This document shows, piece after piece, positions 18,690 through 28,609 of a DNA stretch of 64,000 nt. The first letter of the stretch is position 1; each line of letters begins with the position of its first letter. The notes below the pieces were generated by a model. That model saw only the letters and a list, made by a program, of their open reading frames with translations. It was not told the origin of the DNA and did not search any database. The stretch covers positions 326,040-390,039 of IMG/VR virus record IMGVR_UViG_3300036766_002289, one strand, 5' to 3'. The position numbers were made by a program, and so were the translations under genes.

Positions 18690-19198
18690 ATTAAACCGTA
18701 AACATACGCCCAGCGATTATTGTCCATATGTTTTCCAGCATTAACTTCTCTTAAATAGGCATACAAGTGATTCCAGCTATCGAACATAAATTCATGCGGA
18801 ATGAATCCATAGTACCATAATGGGATAAACTGTTTGCCTTGTTCACAAACCAAAAGAGTGGGTTTTTTGGCGTTGTTGCTATTAATGATTTCATGATGAG
18901 ACCCACAAGTGGGCACCTGATAAGGCAGGCATGAAAAAACTATATCTGCACGGTCAACGATTGATAAGTCTTTTCTTACAAACCCTTTAGCGATTTTGGT
19001 GATTGTGTCAAAGTCTCTGTCATTTCTTGCTTGTATCAAGGCAGGTGCATGAACTTGCTTAGGGTCTTCATATGGGTCAAAAAGGTTGATGCCAAATTCT
19101 TGTGTAAGAATTTTCTTGGGTTCGGTACGCCAGTTGTGGCTAGTGGACCCATGCTCTATTGGTCCAGATAAATAACCACGCTTATCTTTAGTATACAT
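18686..19198 (-). CDS. Nucleoside 2-deoxyribosyltransferase / NMP N-glycosidase family
   Basis: YLSGPI...FDP...DLSIVDRADIV...GSHHEI. Confidence 0.8.
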   Translation of the reverse strand: MYTKDKRGYLSGPIEHGSTSHNWRTEPKKILTQEFGINLFDPYEDPKQVHAPALIQARNDRDFDTITKIAKGFVRKDLSIVDRADIVFSCLPYQVPTCGSHHEIINSNNAKKPTLLVCEQGKQFIPLWYYGFIPHEFMFDSWNHLYAYLREVNAGKHMDNNRWAYVYGLI

Positions 19199-19237
19199 TA
19201 TTAAAGCCTCACTATGATAAATAACAAGGAGAATGAA

Positions 19238-19882
19238 ATGTCAAATAATTTAGAACTTTTCGAGAAAATCAATGTTTTAGTAGAAAAAGCACCTGAAAAT
19301 AGGCACAGTTACTACCAGTTGAAACACTTCATAATCGGTAAACAGCCTACCACACAATCACAATTATGGCAATGCCTAACGGAATTACAATCCAGAAAAG
19401 AAACAATTGATAATTTAACCATGCAAGTAGAAGACTTACGTGATGATTTGCTACTTTTACAAATTAAGGAGTCTAAGGTCAAAGTCGTTTATAGCGAAGA
19501 TGAGCAAGAAAAAGAAATTAAGCAGAGAAAAAGAGAAAGAAAAAGAGAATCAATTGTCAAAACTATAAATAAACTAGAAAAACAACTTGAGTTCGTTGTG
19601 CAGGAAGCAAGATTTTTCGTACAGGCTTTTGAAGCTATAGAGGAAGTGGAAAAATTAAAGGATTTTGATGATTACGATGCCCAAAAGGAACTTTGGGAAG
19701 CCAAGGTTTCAGAAGAAATCAATCTAAGGTTGCTATTCCATCAGCCTTTAAGTCCAGATACTTTAAAAACTGCATTATCGCTTCACGATGAGTCTAGGGT
19801 TAAGAAAGAAGTTTTAAAAATGATAGAAGTTGTAGAAAAAGCGAATATTAAAATGTTAGGAACTAAGAAAAAAGGGGAATAA
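19238..19882 (+). CDS. Coiled-coil hypothetical protein (possible fibre chaperone)
   Basis: SD AAGGAG and TAAATA upstream, charged heptad-like segment, translationally coupled to the PKD gene. Confidence 0.55.
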   Translation: MSNNLELFEKINVLVEKAPENRHSYYQLKHFIIGKQPTTQSQLWQCLTELQSRKETIDNLTMQVEDLRDDLLLLQIKESKVKVVYSEDEQEKEIKQRKRERKRESIVKTINKLEKQLEFVVQEARFFVQAFEAIEEVEKLKDFDDYDAQKELWEAKVSEEINLRLLFHQPLSPDTLKTALSLHDESRVKKEVLKMIEVVEKANIKMLGTKKKGE

Positions 19883-20874
19883 TGAAGAATAAGCTTTCTT
19901 CGGGTGTAGACTATAAAAGTGGAACATTATCAGTATTTCCTAAAGGTAAAGATTCTAAACTAAACCTACATGAAGCCAAAAATAATGCCGAAGACGTACT
20001 TCGACAAACATTAGCCATCAATGGCAAAACCATGTTGTTGAATGACGCTAGTAAGTTCCCAAATAGTGGCATCATTAAAATAACCCCTGCCAGTTCAACA
20101 AATCTCCTAGATTCTTTCGAAGTCATCTTTTATGCCAAAAAGACTGGCAATCATTTATTGATGCTGCATAGAGGCTATGGTGGTTCACCAATAAACACAT
20201 GGCCTGCTGGCAGTAAGGTTTCTTGCCCATTAATGGCTGAGCATCACAACGTACTAAAAGACGCTGTAATGCAAATTCAAAAGAAGATCGGGGAAAAAAC
20301 TAATCCTTCTTCAGATTCAATCAATGGCATTTTGAATTATTTGGAAAATAAGTGGTTAGCCCCTAAGCCAGTTTTTAGGGCTTATCCGAGAATGGGACCA
20401 GCCCCTTTGCCTGTAACCTTTCACAACTTTTCTACTGGATTTGGTGGTAGATTCTTATGGGATTTTGGAGATGGTACGAGTAGCACAGAGAAAAATCCCA
20501 CACACATTTACCATGACGAAGGTAAATACAAAGTCAGGCTTACAGTCATTTCTGTCAATGGTTCACAAGGATTAACAGAAAAAGGCGATTACGTTGAAGT
20601 TAACAATGAGCAACTTCCTTCATTTTTTTATGTTACACCTTTACAAGGTTCTATAACAACAGAATTTGAATTAGTAGATCAAAGTGACGGTGACATAGCA
20701 GAGCGTCATTGGTTTTTTGGTGATGGTACAGACGTTACCGTTAGCAATCCTAATATCCACTCTGTTATACATCGTTATGAAAAAGAAGGTAATTACATTC
20801 CTTCACTGATGATAAGACTAGCGAACAACAAAACAAAGAGAGTACATTTGCCAGAAGGAATTATAGTAATATGA
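19882..20874 (+). CDS. Virion protein with two PKD domains
   Basis: FLWDFGDGTSSTEKNPTHIY and WFFGDG...HRYEKEG-Y. Confidence 0.85.
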   Translation: MKNKLSSGVDYKSGTLSVFPKGKDSKLNLHEAKNNAEDVLRQTLAINGKTMLLNDASKFPNSGIIKITPASSTNLLDSFEVIFYAKKTGNHLLMLHRGYGGSPINTWPAGSKVSCPLMAEHHNVLKDAVMQIQKKIGEKTNPSSDSINGILNYLENKWLAPKPVFRAYPRMGPAPLPVTFHNFSTGFGGRFLWDFGDGTSSTEKNPTHIYHDEGKYKVRLTVISVNGSQGLTEKGDYVEVNNEQLPSFFYVTPLQGSITTEFELVDQSDGDIAERHWFFGDGTDVTVSNPNIHSVIHRYEKEGNYIPSLMIRLANNKTKRVHLPEGIIVI

Positions 20875-22976
20875 GTTATCCGTTTAAGTTTGATACAGAT
20901 TCTGAACTATACTTGGTAAAAGACGCTTTAATAGTGCCATTAAGTGTGGACCATCATCCTGGGCAAAACATGATTATTGCGGATGGAGACATAAGTAAAT
21001 TCCCACTAAAAGGCATTATAACTCTCGTTGACCAAGACAGTCCAGCACATGAAAGAGCAGTGTCTTTTCATTATGGTCGTAGAACAAGTAGAGAATTTTT
21101 GGACTTGGAATTAACAGATAACTCTGTTGATTGTTTCAAACCTAGAAAATTCACCGTGATTACTATGCAGGTAATGCGAGAACACCGTGAAGCAATCAAA
21201 AATGCCATTTTTGAAATAGAAAAATTCTTAGGCCCAAAACATAAAGTAGATACTGAACCTAACGGAGATACTATATTCGGAAGGATTAACTTTTTAAGAA
21301 AAATACTATTTGCCCCTAAAGCATGGTTTGAAGCTGACAAGGTAACTGGAGCAGCACCTTTTACTGTAAATTTTACATTCACTGGTACTGGCAATACGGG
21401 ACCAGTGGGAGATGTATTATATATATGGAATTTTGGTGGTGATGATGAAACACAAACCACTGAACCTAAAATAGAAAAACTGTTCTTAGACGCTGGCAAT
21501 AAAACAATATCACTGACTATTAAAAATGAGTATGGTGAAGATTCAGTATCTTTCCCAGATATGATTAAGGTCAAAGGTCAAGCACCAGAACAAGCCCTTA
21601 TTAGATTTTCGCCACAACAGCAGCAGCTTAATTTCATGCAAAATGATGTTATGCCTAAGATCAGAACACAGATTCGCCAGCCAGTGACAATCGAAATACC
21701 ACAAAAAATGGTAAGTGATAAAAGAACTTTTGCTGGGGAAATGATCGACCCCAATACTTCAAGGGTGGCAGATGCGATTACAAATTATACATGGAATTTA
21801 GGTGACGACTTACCACATGCAAATTCGCCAAAGACTAAAGCACTATACAGTGTGGGTGGATTGTATGATTTAGTGGTCAGGACTGATACTGCGTCTGGAA
21901 CTCACAGAACTACTGTTTATCCTAACGCAATAGATGTTGTAGAATCTGTCAATTTATGGTTATGGACTATCAACAATACTGCAATTAGGTCACATGAATT
22001 TGGACTTTTAAGCGAAGTGTTTAAAACTTCCAGCAACACTTCAGAGATCGAAATAAATGATTCTTTTATCGACATGCCCCACACCAGAGAAAAATTTGAG
22101 TTCTGGCGTAATAATGGCTCGGCAAAAAAGAATGAAATGAAATCTGGACAGGGTGGTGATTTACTAATGTATTGGGCAAGTGGTAGGGACAAAGGATACG
22201 ACCCAATTGCAGAAAAGATCAATTTCACCCAATATAATGGATTCGCAGACACTTATACTACCAAAGATTCCATCCCAGGCAAGCCTTGGAATTGGGTGTC
22301 TTTAGCTAGCAACAGTAAAATATACTTTATTCTTGGTGGCAGTCTTAATGGGCCTATGCCCACTTTATCAATGACTAGTCAAACAAAAAGTACTTATGAC
22401 ATGGATTCTTCAACAATCATCAATGAAGAAATTGAATATAGGAACTACAAAAATGGTGCGCACGATCTAATGAAACATCCTGATGTTTTTGATTCAAATT
22501 TTGACGCCGCACATGGTTATTTTGCTGCTTACAGGACAGCCTGGAAAAACAATACAGGATACATAATCAGGAATTCATCTTTAGGCGAATACTTCTCTTT
22601 CCATGATTTTTACAGAACAGAAGGCACAATCGGTTTACCTTGTCAAAACATAGTGAAGCTGCCAAATTTACCTGGCGATAACCATAAAGACGGCGATTTA
22701 GTAGCATTGAATAAAGGCATATACTTCTTTAACAATTCTGGAATGACTTACTGTTTTGACGGGTCCGCTGGTACTTGGGAGCTAGTGACACCGCATAATA
22801 AGGTGGCTATCAATGACTTGGATGGTTTGATGGCAACCTCCGACTTGGATTCTAAGGCTTATATGGTTTTGGAAGGTGTTAATAACGGATTTATTAAATT
22901 CAACGAACTAGATATGTCTTATACAACATTGAATCAAAAACCACTAGATAAACAGTGGCACATCACACTTTTTTAA
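20871..22976 (+). CDS. Virion protein with PKD domains and beta-propeller-like C-terminus
   Basis: G-APFTVNF...YIWNFG and YTWNLGD. N-terminal domain paralogous to the neighbouring genes. Confidence 0.75.
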   Translation: MSYPFKFDTDSELYLVKDALIVPLSVDHHPGQNMIIADGDISKFPLKGIITLVDQDSPAHERAVSFHYGRRTSREFLDLELTDNSVDCFKPRKFTVITMQVMREHREAIKNAIFEIEKFLGPKHKVDTEPNGDTIFGRINFLRKILFAPKAWFEADKVTGAAPFTVNFTFTGTGNTGPVGDVLYIWNFGGDDETQTTEPKIEKLFLDAGNKTISLTIKNEYGEDSVSFPDMIKVKGQAPEQALIRFSPQQQQLNFMQNDVMPKIRTQIRQPVTIEIPQKMVSDKRTFAGEMIDPNTSRVADAITNYTWNLGDDLPHANSPKTKALYSVGGLYDLVVRTDTASGTHRTTVYPNAIDVVESVNLWLWTINNTAIRSHEFGLLSEVFKTSSNTSEIEINDSFIDMPHTREKFEFWRNNGSAKKNEMKSGQGGDLLMYWASGRDKGYDPIAEKINFTQYNGFADTYTTKDSIPGKPWNWVSLASNSKIYFILGGSLNGPMPTLSMTSQTKSTYDMDSSTIINEEIEYRNYKNGAHDLMKHPDVFDSNFDAAHGYFAAYRTAWKNNTGYIIRNSSLGEYFSFHDFYRTEGTIGLPCQNIVKLPNLPGDNHKDGDLVALNKGIYFFNNSGMTYCFDGSAGTWELVTPHNKVAINDLDGLMATSDLDSKAYMVLEGVNNGFIKFNELDMSYTTLNQKPLDKQWHITLF

Positions 22977-23004
22977 GTCGGATATATAATACATAAAGGA
23001 GAAG

Positions 23005-26000
23005 ATGCCAAAGGCAATCCCAAAACCAGTATACCCAATTGCTTTAGATTCAAATTACACTCTATTTAGCACACATAATAGTGCGCAAACTCTCCTTGCC
23101 AAAGATTTAAGCATTACCAGTGATGTAATAGAAATCTATCCTAAGAGTGCTAATGATGCCGATGTTTGGGCCGAAAATGGTTTTGTCACGATTGAGAAAG
23201 AAATTATCTACTATGACAGTGTTACCAAAGATAAAAACAGCAAAATAACCCAATTAAAAGACTGCATAAGGGGAGTAGAAGGAGAAGTTAAAGCGTATGT
23301 CTCTGGCACTGCTATTTACGCAAACGTCGTTGCCCAATTACATAACCAATTAGTGGATGCAATCGTAGCCATAGAAAGCACAATTGGTGATATTTCTGAC
23401 ATGCTGAAGGTTGGAAATGACCTCAAAACACAGCAAAAAGTCAGAAAAAACCTTGTGCCTAAAAACATGGCAATGACTCAAATGGACACAGCCTTTACTG
23501 CGTCATTGCATCAGAATTTAACCGCGATGCTAGGTTGCGCTCCAGTTCCAGATGATGCTTGCCCAGATGTGGAATTTGAATTCAACATTCTAGGTTCTAC
23601 TGCTGAGTATTGTGTAAGAATTTTTGGAGATTATACAGCATTTGAAGTCGATTTTGGTGATGGTAATTCAACTACAACTCAATTGTCTGGCACCATAACA
23701 TTCAATGGAGGTAATCCCACAGTAACAGTCACAACCCCAACATGCACCCTTGTACAAATGCCGACAACTCCAGATGGTTGCGAAGCACCAGTATTGCCTA
23801 ATCCTTCAATTCCTTTTGTAATTGCGGTACCGTTTATACCAGATTGGCCTGGCTTTACTCCAAACAAGAATATATGTCCAGGTCCATTGTTCAGTTTGCC
23901 ACCAATTCAGTTTCCTAAATCTGAACTATGTTCTGTAATACCTAGTACATGCATCCCAAGTGTAATTATTTCTGTTATAGAATCCTGCAAGACCCCACAG
24001 ATCATCAGAATTGTCAGTCCTTGTAGAATCAGCATTATATCCTTAGTAGGATGTGAATTGCCTAGCATTATATCCCTAGTAGGGTGCTGTCCGCCTAGTA
24101 TAATCAGTGTAATTGCACCTAGTTTTAATTGCATAAGTTTCTGTCAGGTTCCAAGTTTTGAATGCATAAGTTTTTGCCAAGTCCCAAGCTTTGACTGCAT
24201 AAGTTTTTGTATGCCGCCGAGCATGGCCCCTGTTAGTTTTGCACCATTCCCAAGCATTGGTACTGTGTCTTTTGATGTTGCTATAAGCCTAAGCCCATTA
24301 TGCTTCTGCGAACCACCGAGTTTTGCACCTATTAGCTTTACTCCGTTCCCAAATATTAGCGCTGTATCGTTTGATGTTAATGTCGCATTGAGCTTAAGCC
24401 CAATATGCTTCTGTGAACCGCCAATTATTAGTTTTGCTCCATTCCCAAGCATAGGCGCTGTATCTTTTGATGTTGCTATAAGCTTAAGTCCATTATGCTT
24501 CTGCGAACCACCGAGTTTTGAGAAGATAAGTTTTGCTGAATTCCCGAGCGTTGGGAAAATATCATTCGATATCGCTGTTGAATTGAGTTTGAGTCCAATA
24601 TGTTTTTGTGACCCACCTAGTTTTGTGTGTATTGATTTTTGCACTCCACCAAGTTTTGGGATTGTTAGCTTTGCTCCGTTTCCAAGTATAGGGGCTGTAT
24701 CATTTGATGTTAATGTCGCACTGAGCCTAAGTCCAGTATGTTTCTGTGAACCACCTAGTTTTGCAGCTATTAGCTTTAATCCGTTCCCAAGCATAGGTGC
24801 GGTATCGTTTGATGTAATGCTTAGTTTGACTCCGTTGTGTTTCTGTGAACCACCTAGTTTTGCAGCTATTAGCTTTGCGCCGTTCCCAATCATAGGCCAA
24901 GTGTCATTTGATGTTGCTATAAGTCTAAGCCCATTATGTTTCTGTGAGCCACCAAGTTTTCAGTGCATTAGTTTTTGTCCACCACCTAATTTCGACCAAG
25001 TAAGTTTCGCACCTATAAGTTTTACTTCTTTCCCGAGCATTGGGACTGTATCGTTTGACGTTGCTATAAGTCTAAGCCCATTATGTTTCTGTGAGCCACC
25101 GAGTTTTTCTCAAATTAGTTTTGCACCATTCCCAAGTATAGGGATGGTGTCTTTTGACGTTCTCCTAAACGCAAGTTTGACTCCAATATGTTTCTGTGAG
25201 CCGCCAAGTTTCCAATGTATTAGTTTCTGCCATGTGCCTAGTTTTGATGTTGTTAGTTTTACTACACCACCAAGCTTCCACTGTGTAAGTTTCTGTGAAC
25301 CACCAAGCTTTAGCTTGATAAATTTTGCTACACCACCGAGCATTGTACCGATTAGCTTTGCACCATTCCCGAGCATTGGGACTGTATCCTTTGATGTTGC
25401 TTTGAACGCAAGTATAAGTCCTATATGTTTTTGCGAACCACCGAGTTTTTCACTTATTAGTTTTGCACCATTCCCAAGCTTGGGGGTAGTATCTTTCGAT
25501 GTGCTTTTAAATTTGAGCCTAAGTCCAATATGTTTCTGTGAAGTGCCAAGCTTTGCATGTATTAGTTTTTGTGAATTCCCAAGCATTGGCAAAGTATCTT
25601 TTGATGTTTTATTAAGTTTAAGTCCAGTTAGTTTTACTACGCCACCAAGCTTCCATTGTGTAAGTTTCTGTGAGCCACCAAGCTTCCATTGTGTAAGTTT
25701 CTGTGAGCCACCAAGCTTCCATTGTGTAAGTTTCTGTGAGCCACCAAGCTTTAGTTTAGTAAATTTTAATGCACCGCCAAGTTTTGCACTTGTTAGCTTT
25801 GCTCCATTTCCAGAAATTGGCAAGGTTTCATTCGACGTTATGTTGAATGCTAGTTTAAGTCCAGTATGTTTCTGTGAACCACCAAGCTTTGAATGCATAA
25901 GTTTCTGTCCTACTCCAAACTTTAACTTAGTGAGTTTTACTACTCCACCAAGTTTTCAATGTATAAGTTTTTGTGAGCCGCCAAGCTTTGGATGTGTGAG

Positions 26001-27339
26001 TTTTTGCGCACCACCAAGTTTTAGCTTAGTAGGATTTACTGCTCCACCAAGTATTGCACCTATTAGTTTTGCTCCGTTCCCAACAGTATCAACAGTGTCA
26101 TTTGACGTTATTGTAGACTTAAGTTTGAGTCCAATATGTTTCTGCGAACGACCGAGCTTTGATGCCATAAGCTTTGCCCCATTCCCAAGTATTGGTGCTG
26201 TATCTTTCGATGTTGCATTAAACTTAAGTTTAACTCCAATATGTTTTTGTGAGCCACCGAGCTTTAGTTGTGTAAGTTTCTGTACCCCAAGCTTTAACTT
26301 GGTGAGTTTCGCCACTTTGAGTTTTGATAAAGTATCATTTACAGTACCAAGCTTCGCTTGTGTAAGTTTTTGCAGCCCACCAAGCTTTGAGAAAATAAGT
26401 TTTACTGAATTCCCAAGTGTTGGTAAAGTATCGTTCGATATTGCAGTAGACTTAAGTTTAAGTTCTATATGTTTCTGTGACCCACCAGTTTTTCAGTGTG
26501 TCAGTTTCTGTCCACCACCATCATTTAATGATGTAAAGTTTGACGTTGCACTAAATTTAAGCTTAACTCCAGTATGTTTTTGTGAGCCACCGAGCTTTGA
26601 TTGCATAAGTTTTTGTGAGCCACCAGATTTTGATTGCGTAAGTTTTTGTCCTGTGCCGAGCTTCGATTGTATAAGTTTCTGCACACCACCAACTTTTGCA
26701 CCTATAAGTTTTACAACCCCAAGTTTTGGGCTTATTAGTTTTGATAAGCCACCGACTATAAGTGTTGTATGGGGAACACCGCCGCCATTATCGTGTACTG
26801 TGACTGTGGCGTGCCCATCGTCTTCAGGGTTTAGTAGTCCTAATCCATTTGGAAGTGCTGCACCTCAAACAGATTCTGATTTTAGTGAAGATTTTGACAT
26901 GAATGTACCTCTCACTTATAAAGACTTAGGTATACCAGAAGAAATTAGGCTTATAGGCCCTGACTTGCCTAGAGAAATATTTATTAGGGGTATAATTCCT
27001 GATGAAATTACAATCAAGGGAGATATACCAAGAAGCATTGAAGTTCATTCTGATATACCGCATAAGATCATGTTGGATGCAACGGATGTACCTAGAAAGA
27101 TCATGGTAGAGATGGCCCCTAATTTCCCATCCACATTAAGAATGGATGTTACGCACACTCTACAGGTCACAGGGATACCAAAATCTATAGAAATAATTGA
27201 AAATATTCCTAGAACTATTCAATTATTGATGCCAGAGAATCCAGTAGTTGAATTGAAATTCAATCAGGTGGATATAGAACTGAAACCAAGTGCGGACCTA
27301 GAAAAAATGTTTTCTAATTTAATGATCCCGCTTAAATAA
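23005..27339 (+). CDS. Giant Cys/Ser/Pro/Phe repeat protein, putative tail fibre
   Basis: Shared N-terminal anchor domain, one PKD-like DFGDG, about 950 aa of PPSFxC(I/V)SFC and PFPSIGxVSFDV..LSLSPxCFC repeats, IPxxI repeats at the C-terminus. SD AAGGAG. Confidence 0.65.
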   Translation: MPKAIPKPVYPIALDSNYTLFSTHNSAQTLLAKDLSITSDVIEIYPKSANDADVWAENGFVTIEKEIIYYDSVTKDKNSKITQLKDCIRGVEGEVKAYVSGTAIYANVVAQLHNQLVDAIVAIESTIGDISDMLKVGNDLKTQQKVRKNLVPKNMAMTQMDTAFTASLHQNLTAMLGCAPVPDDACPDVEFEFNILGSTAEYCVRIFGDYTAFEVDFGDGNSTTTQLSGTITFNGGNPTVTVTTPTCTLVQMPTTPDGCEAPVLPNPSIPFVIAVPFIPDWPGFTPNKNICPGPLFSLPPIQFPKSELCSVIPSTCIPSVIISVIESCKTPQIIRIVSPCRISIISLVGCELPSIISLVGCCPPSIISVIAPSFNCISFCQVPSFECISFCQVPSFDCISFCMPPSMAPVSFAPFPSIGTVSFDVAISLSPLCFCEPPSFAPISFTPFPNISAVSFDVNVALSLSPICFCEPPIISFAPFPSIGAVSFDVAISLSPLCFCEPPSFEKISFAEFPSVGKISFDIAVELSLSPICFCDPPSFVCIDFCTPPSFGIVSFAPFPSIGAVSFDVNVALSLSPVCFCEPPSFAAISFNPFPSIGAVSFDVMLSLTPLCFCEPPSFAAISFAPFPIIGQVSFDVAISLSPLCFCEPPSFQCISFCPPPNFDQVSFAPISFTSFPSIGTVSFDVAISLSPLCFCEPPSFSQISFAPFPSIGMVSFDVLLNASLTPICFCEPPSFQCISFCHVPSFDVVSFTTPPSFHCVSFCEPPSFSLINFATPPSIVPISFAPFPSIGTVSFDVALNASISPICFCEPPSFSLISFAPFPSLGVVSFDVLLNLSLSPICFCEVPSFACISFCEFPSIGKVSFDVLLSLSPVSFTTPPSFHCVSFCEPPSFHCVSFCEPPSFHCVSFCEPPSFSLVNFNAPPSFALVSFAPFPEIGKVSFDVMLNASLSPVCFCEPPSFECISFCPTPNFNLVSFTTPPSFQCISFCEPPSFGCVSFCAPPSFSLVGFTAPPSIAPISFAPFPTVSTVSFDVIVDLSLSPICFCERPSFDAISFAPFPSIGAVSFDVALNLSLTPICFCEPPSFSCVSFCTPSFNLVSFATLSFDKVSFTVPSFACVSFCSPPSFEKISFTEFPSVGKVSFDIAVDLSLSSICFCDPPVFQCVSFCPPPSFNDVKFDVALNLSLTPVCFCEPPSFDCISFCEPPDFDCVSFCPVPSFDCISFCTPPTFAPISFTTPSFGLISFDKPPTISVVWGTPPPLSCTVTVACPSSSGFSSPNPFGSAAPQTDSDFSEDFDMNVPLTYKDLGIPEEIRLIGPDLPREIFIRGIIPDEITIKGDIPRSIEVHSDIPHKIMLDATDVPRKIMVEMAPNFPSTLRMDVTHTLQVTGIPKSIEIIENIPRTIQLLMPENPVVELKFNQVDIELKPSADLEKMFSNLMIPLK
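23950..26790 (+). repeat. Degenerate coding tandem repeat array (11-aa and ~28-30-aa modules)
   Basis: Visible in protein and DNA. Boundaries approximate. Confidence 0.95.
25642..25740 (+). repeat. Three exact 33-nt tandem copies
   Basis: CCACCAAGCTTCCATTGTGTAAGTTTCTGTGAG x3 (PPSFHCVSFCE). Confidence 0.95.
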
Positions 27340-27341
27340 TT

Positions 27342-28172
27342 ATGAAAATAAAAAAGCATAGAAATAAAAACGATTACGCGCTTGCTAATAGTGGCGTTTG
27401 GGTAAGAGATTTTACTAAACCTTTAATCAGAAGTTTAGATATAAACAATCTAATTTCAATTCCAGACATGCAAATCATGTTAGAAAATGAAATTAAGAAT
27501 CATGATAAACTATATCAAAAAATAGAGACGGAAGATTTCAATCATGATAAAATTGTAATTATTGGAGATGGTTATAAACAAAAAGAAAAACAAAAACTAC
27601 TAGAAAGCTTGCCTGCCGATGTTCTGGTCATAGGTGTGAATAAGGCATTTGCCATGTGGGAATGTAATCACCGTTTAAATTACTATGTAGTTAACAACCC
27701 TTACGATGAATGTTTATTCTATTACCCGCCTTCTGTAAAATATTGGCCAAAATGTATTGCCTCCACGAGGACAAATCCAGACTTTTTAAGGAATTATCGT
27801 GGGACGACTTACTTATACAATCCAGTGCCTGATGAAATTTATAGTGGTATTAGGACTGAGAGTAATTATTTTGTGGACGATTATAGAAATCCAGTTTGTG
27901 CAGCACTATGCTTGGCTTATAAGTTTAAAGTTAAGAAACTCTTACTACTATCATTGCTGGACTTATATGAAGAAGAACGGCCAGGGACAGAACAGCATAA
28001 AGGTTTATGGATTTATCCACAACAAAAAACTGCGCAGTCTATAATTGATGCTAATTTATATTGGTTACAAAAAGCAAAAATTAGCGTAACTTACAATGAT
28101 AGCGGCCCAGATTATGAGTTTGCTTCATATATAACCGATAGCGAGGTCAAAGGATATTTCAATGTCAAATAA
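27342..28172 (+). CDS. Maf/DUF115/sialyltransferase-like glycosyltransferase (putative)
   Basis: IVIIGDG...VIGVN...AALCLAY.FKVKKLLLL.LLD follows the IIGNGPS...GVN...A..LA...G.K.I.L.G.D pattern. Confidence 0.55.
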   Translation: MKIKKHRNKNDYALANSGVWVRDFTKPLIRSLDINNLISIPDMQIMLENEIKNHDKLYQKIETEDFNHDKIVIIGDGYKQKEKQKLLESLPADVLVIGVNKAFAMWECNHRLNYYVVNNPYDECLFYYPPSVKYWPKCIASTRTNPDFLRNYRGTTYLYNPVPDEIYSGIRTESNYFVDDYRNPVCAALCLAYKFKVKKLLLLSLLDLYEEERPGTEQHKGLWIYPQQKTAQSIIDANLYWLQKAKISVTYNDSGPDYEFASYITDSEVKGYFNVK

Positions 28173-28485
28173 AGATGAGGGGAAGGAACCTAACTTTTCA
28201 TTGAACGATTTTAGGAAATGGGTTGGGAAGCAAAAGCGTGAATCCAGGTCTATAAAGTCAAAGTATAAGGGTTCCATTATTGAGTCCAGATTGAGTCTTA
28301 AAAGGCTTGTAACTAAAATGGACGTAGATCAAGGTGAACTCTTTGAAATGGCGAAGGATTTCAAGCGTAGAGGTGGTACGATTCTGGAATGTGACGGCGA
28401 TAATATCTTATTGGTAGAAGTACGGTCAGGCACTTTTAGAATCCCAAAATTGTTCGTTACTATTTTGTCTAGTTTTGGGGAGTGA
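28162..28485 (+). CDS. Hypothetical protein
   Basis: Overlapping ORF in the operon, basic. Confidence 0.65.
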   Translation: MSNKDEGKEPNFSLNDFRKWVGKQKRESRSIKSKYKGSIIESRLSLKRLVTKMDVDQGELFEMAKDFKRRGGTILECDGDNILLVEVRSGTFRIPKLFVTILSSFGE

Positions 28486-28609
28486 GCGATCCATCAACAC
28501 TTTAAAAAGAATCTCTATTACCATTTTACTATGATAATCCAGTGGCTGTAATTCTTCAAAAAAACTACAGAAACTTTCGTGTATAGACTTACGATTATCG
28601 GGGATATTC

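Noticed and set aside
23907-26684. Long antisense KLGG-repeat ORFs opposite the fibre repeats
   Set aside because: Mirror of the repetitive sense frame, fragmented by stops
23950-26790. Possible DGR template/variable repeat or CRISPR array
   Set aside because: No reverse transcriptase in the window. Repeats are in-frame coding units differing mostly at synonymous sites rather than specifically at adenines, and there are no unique spacers.
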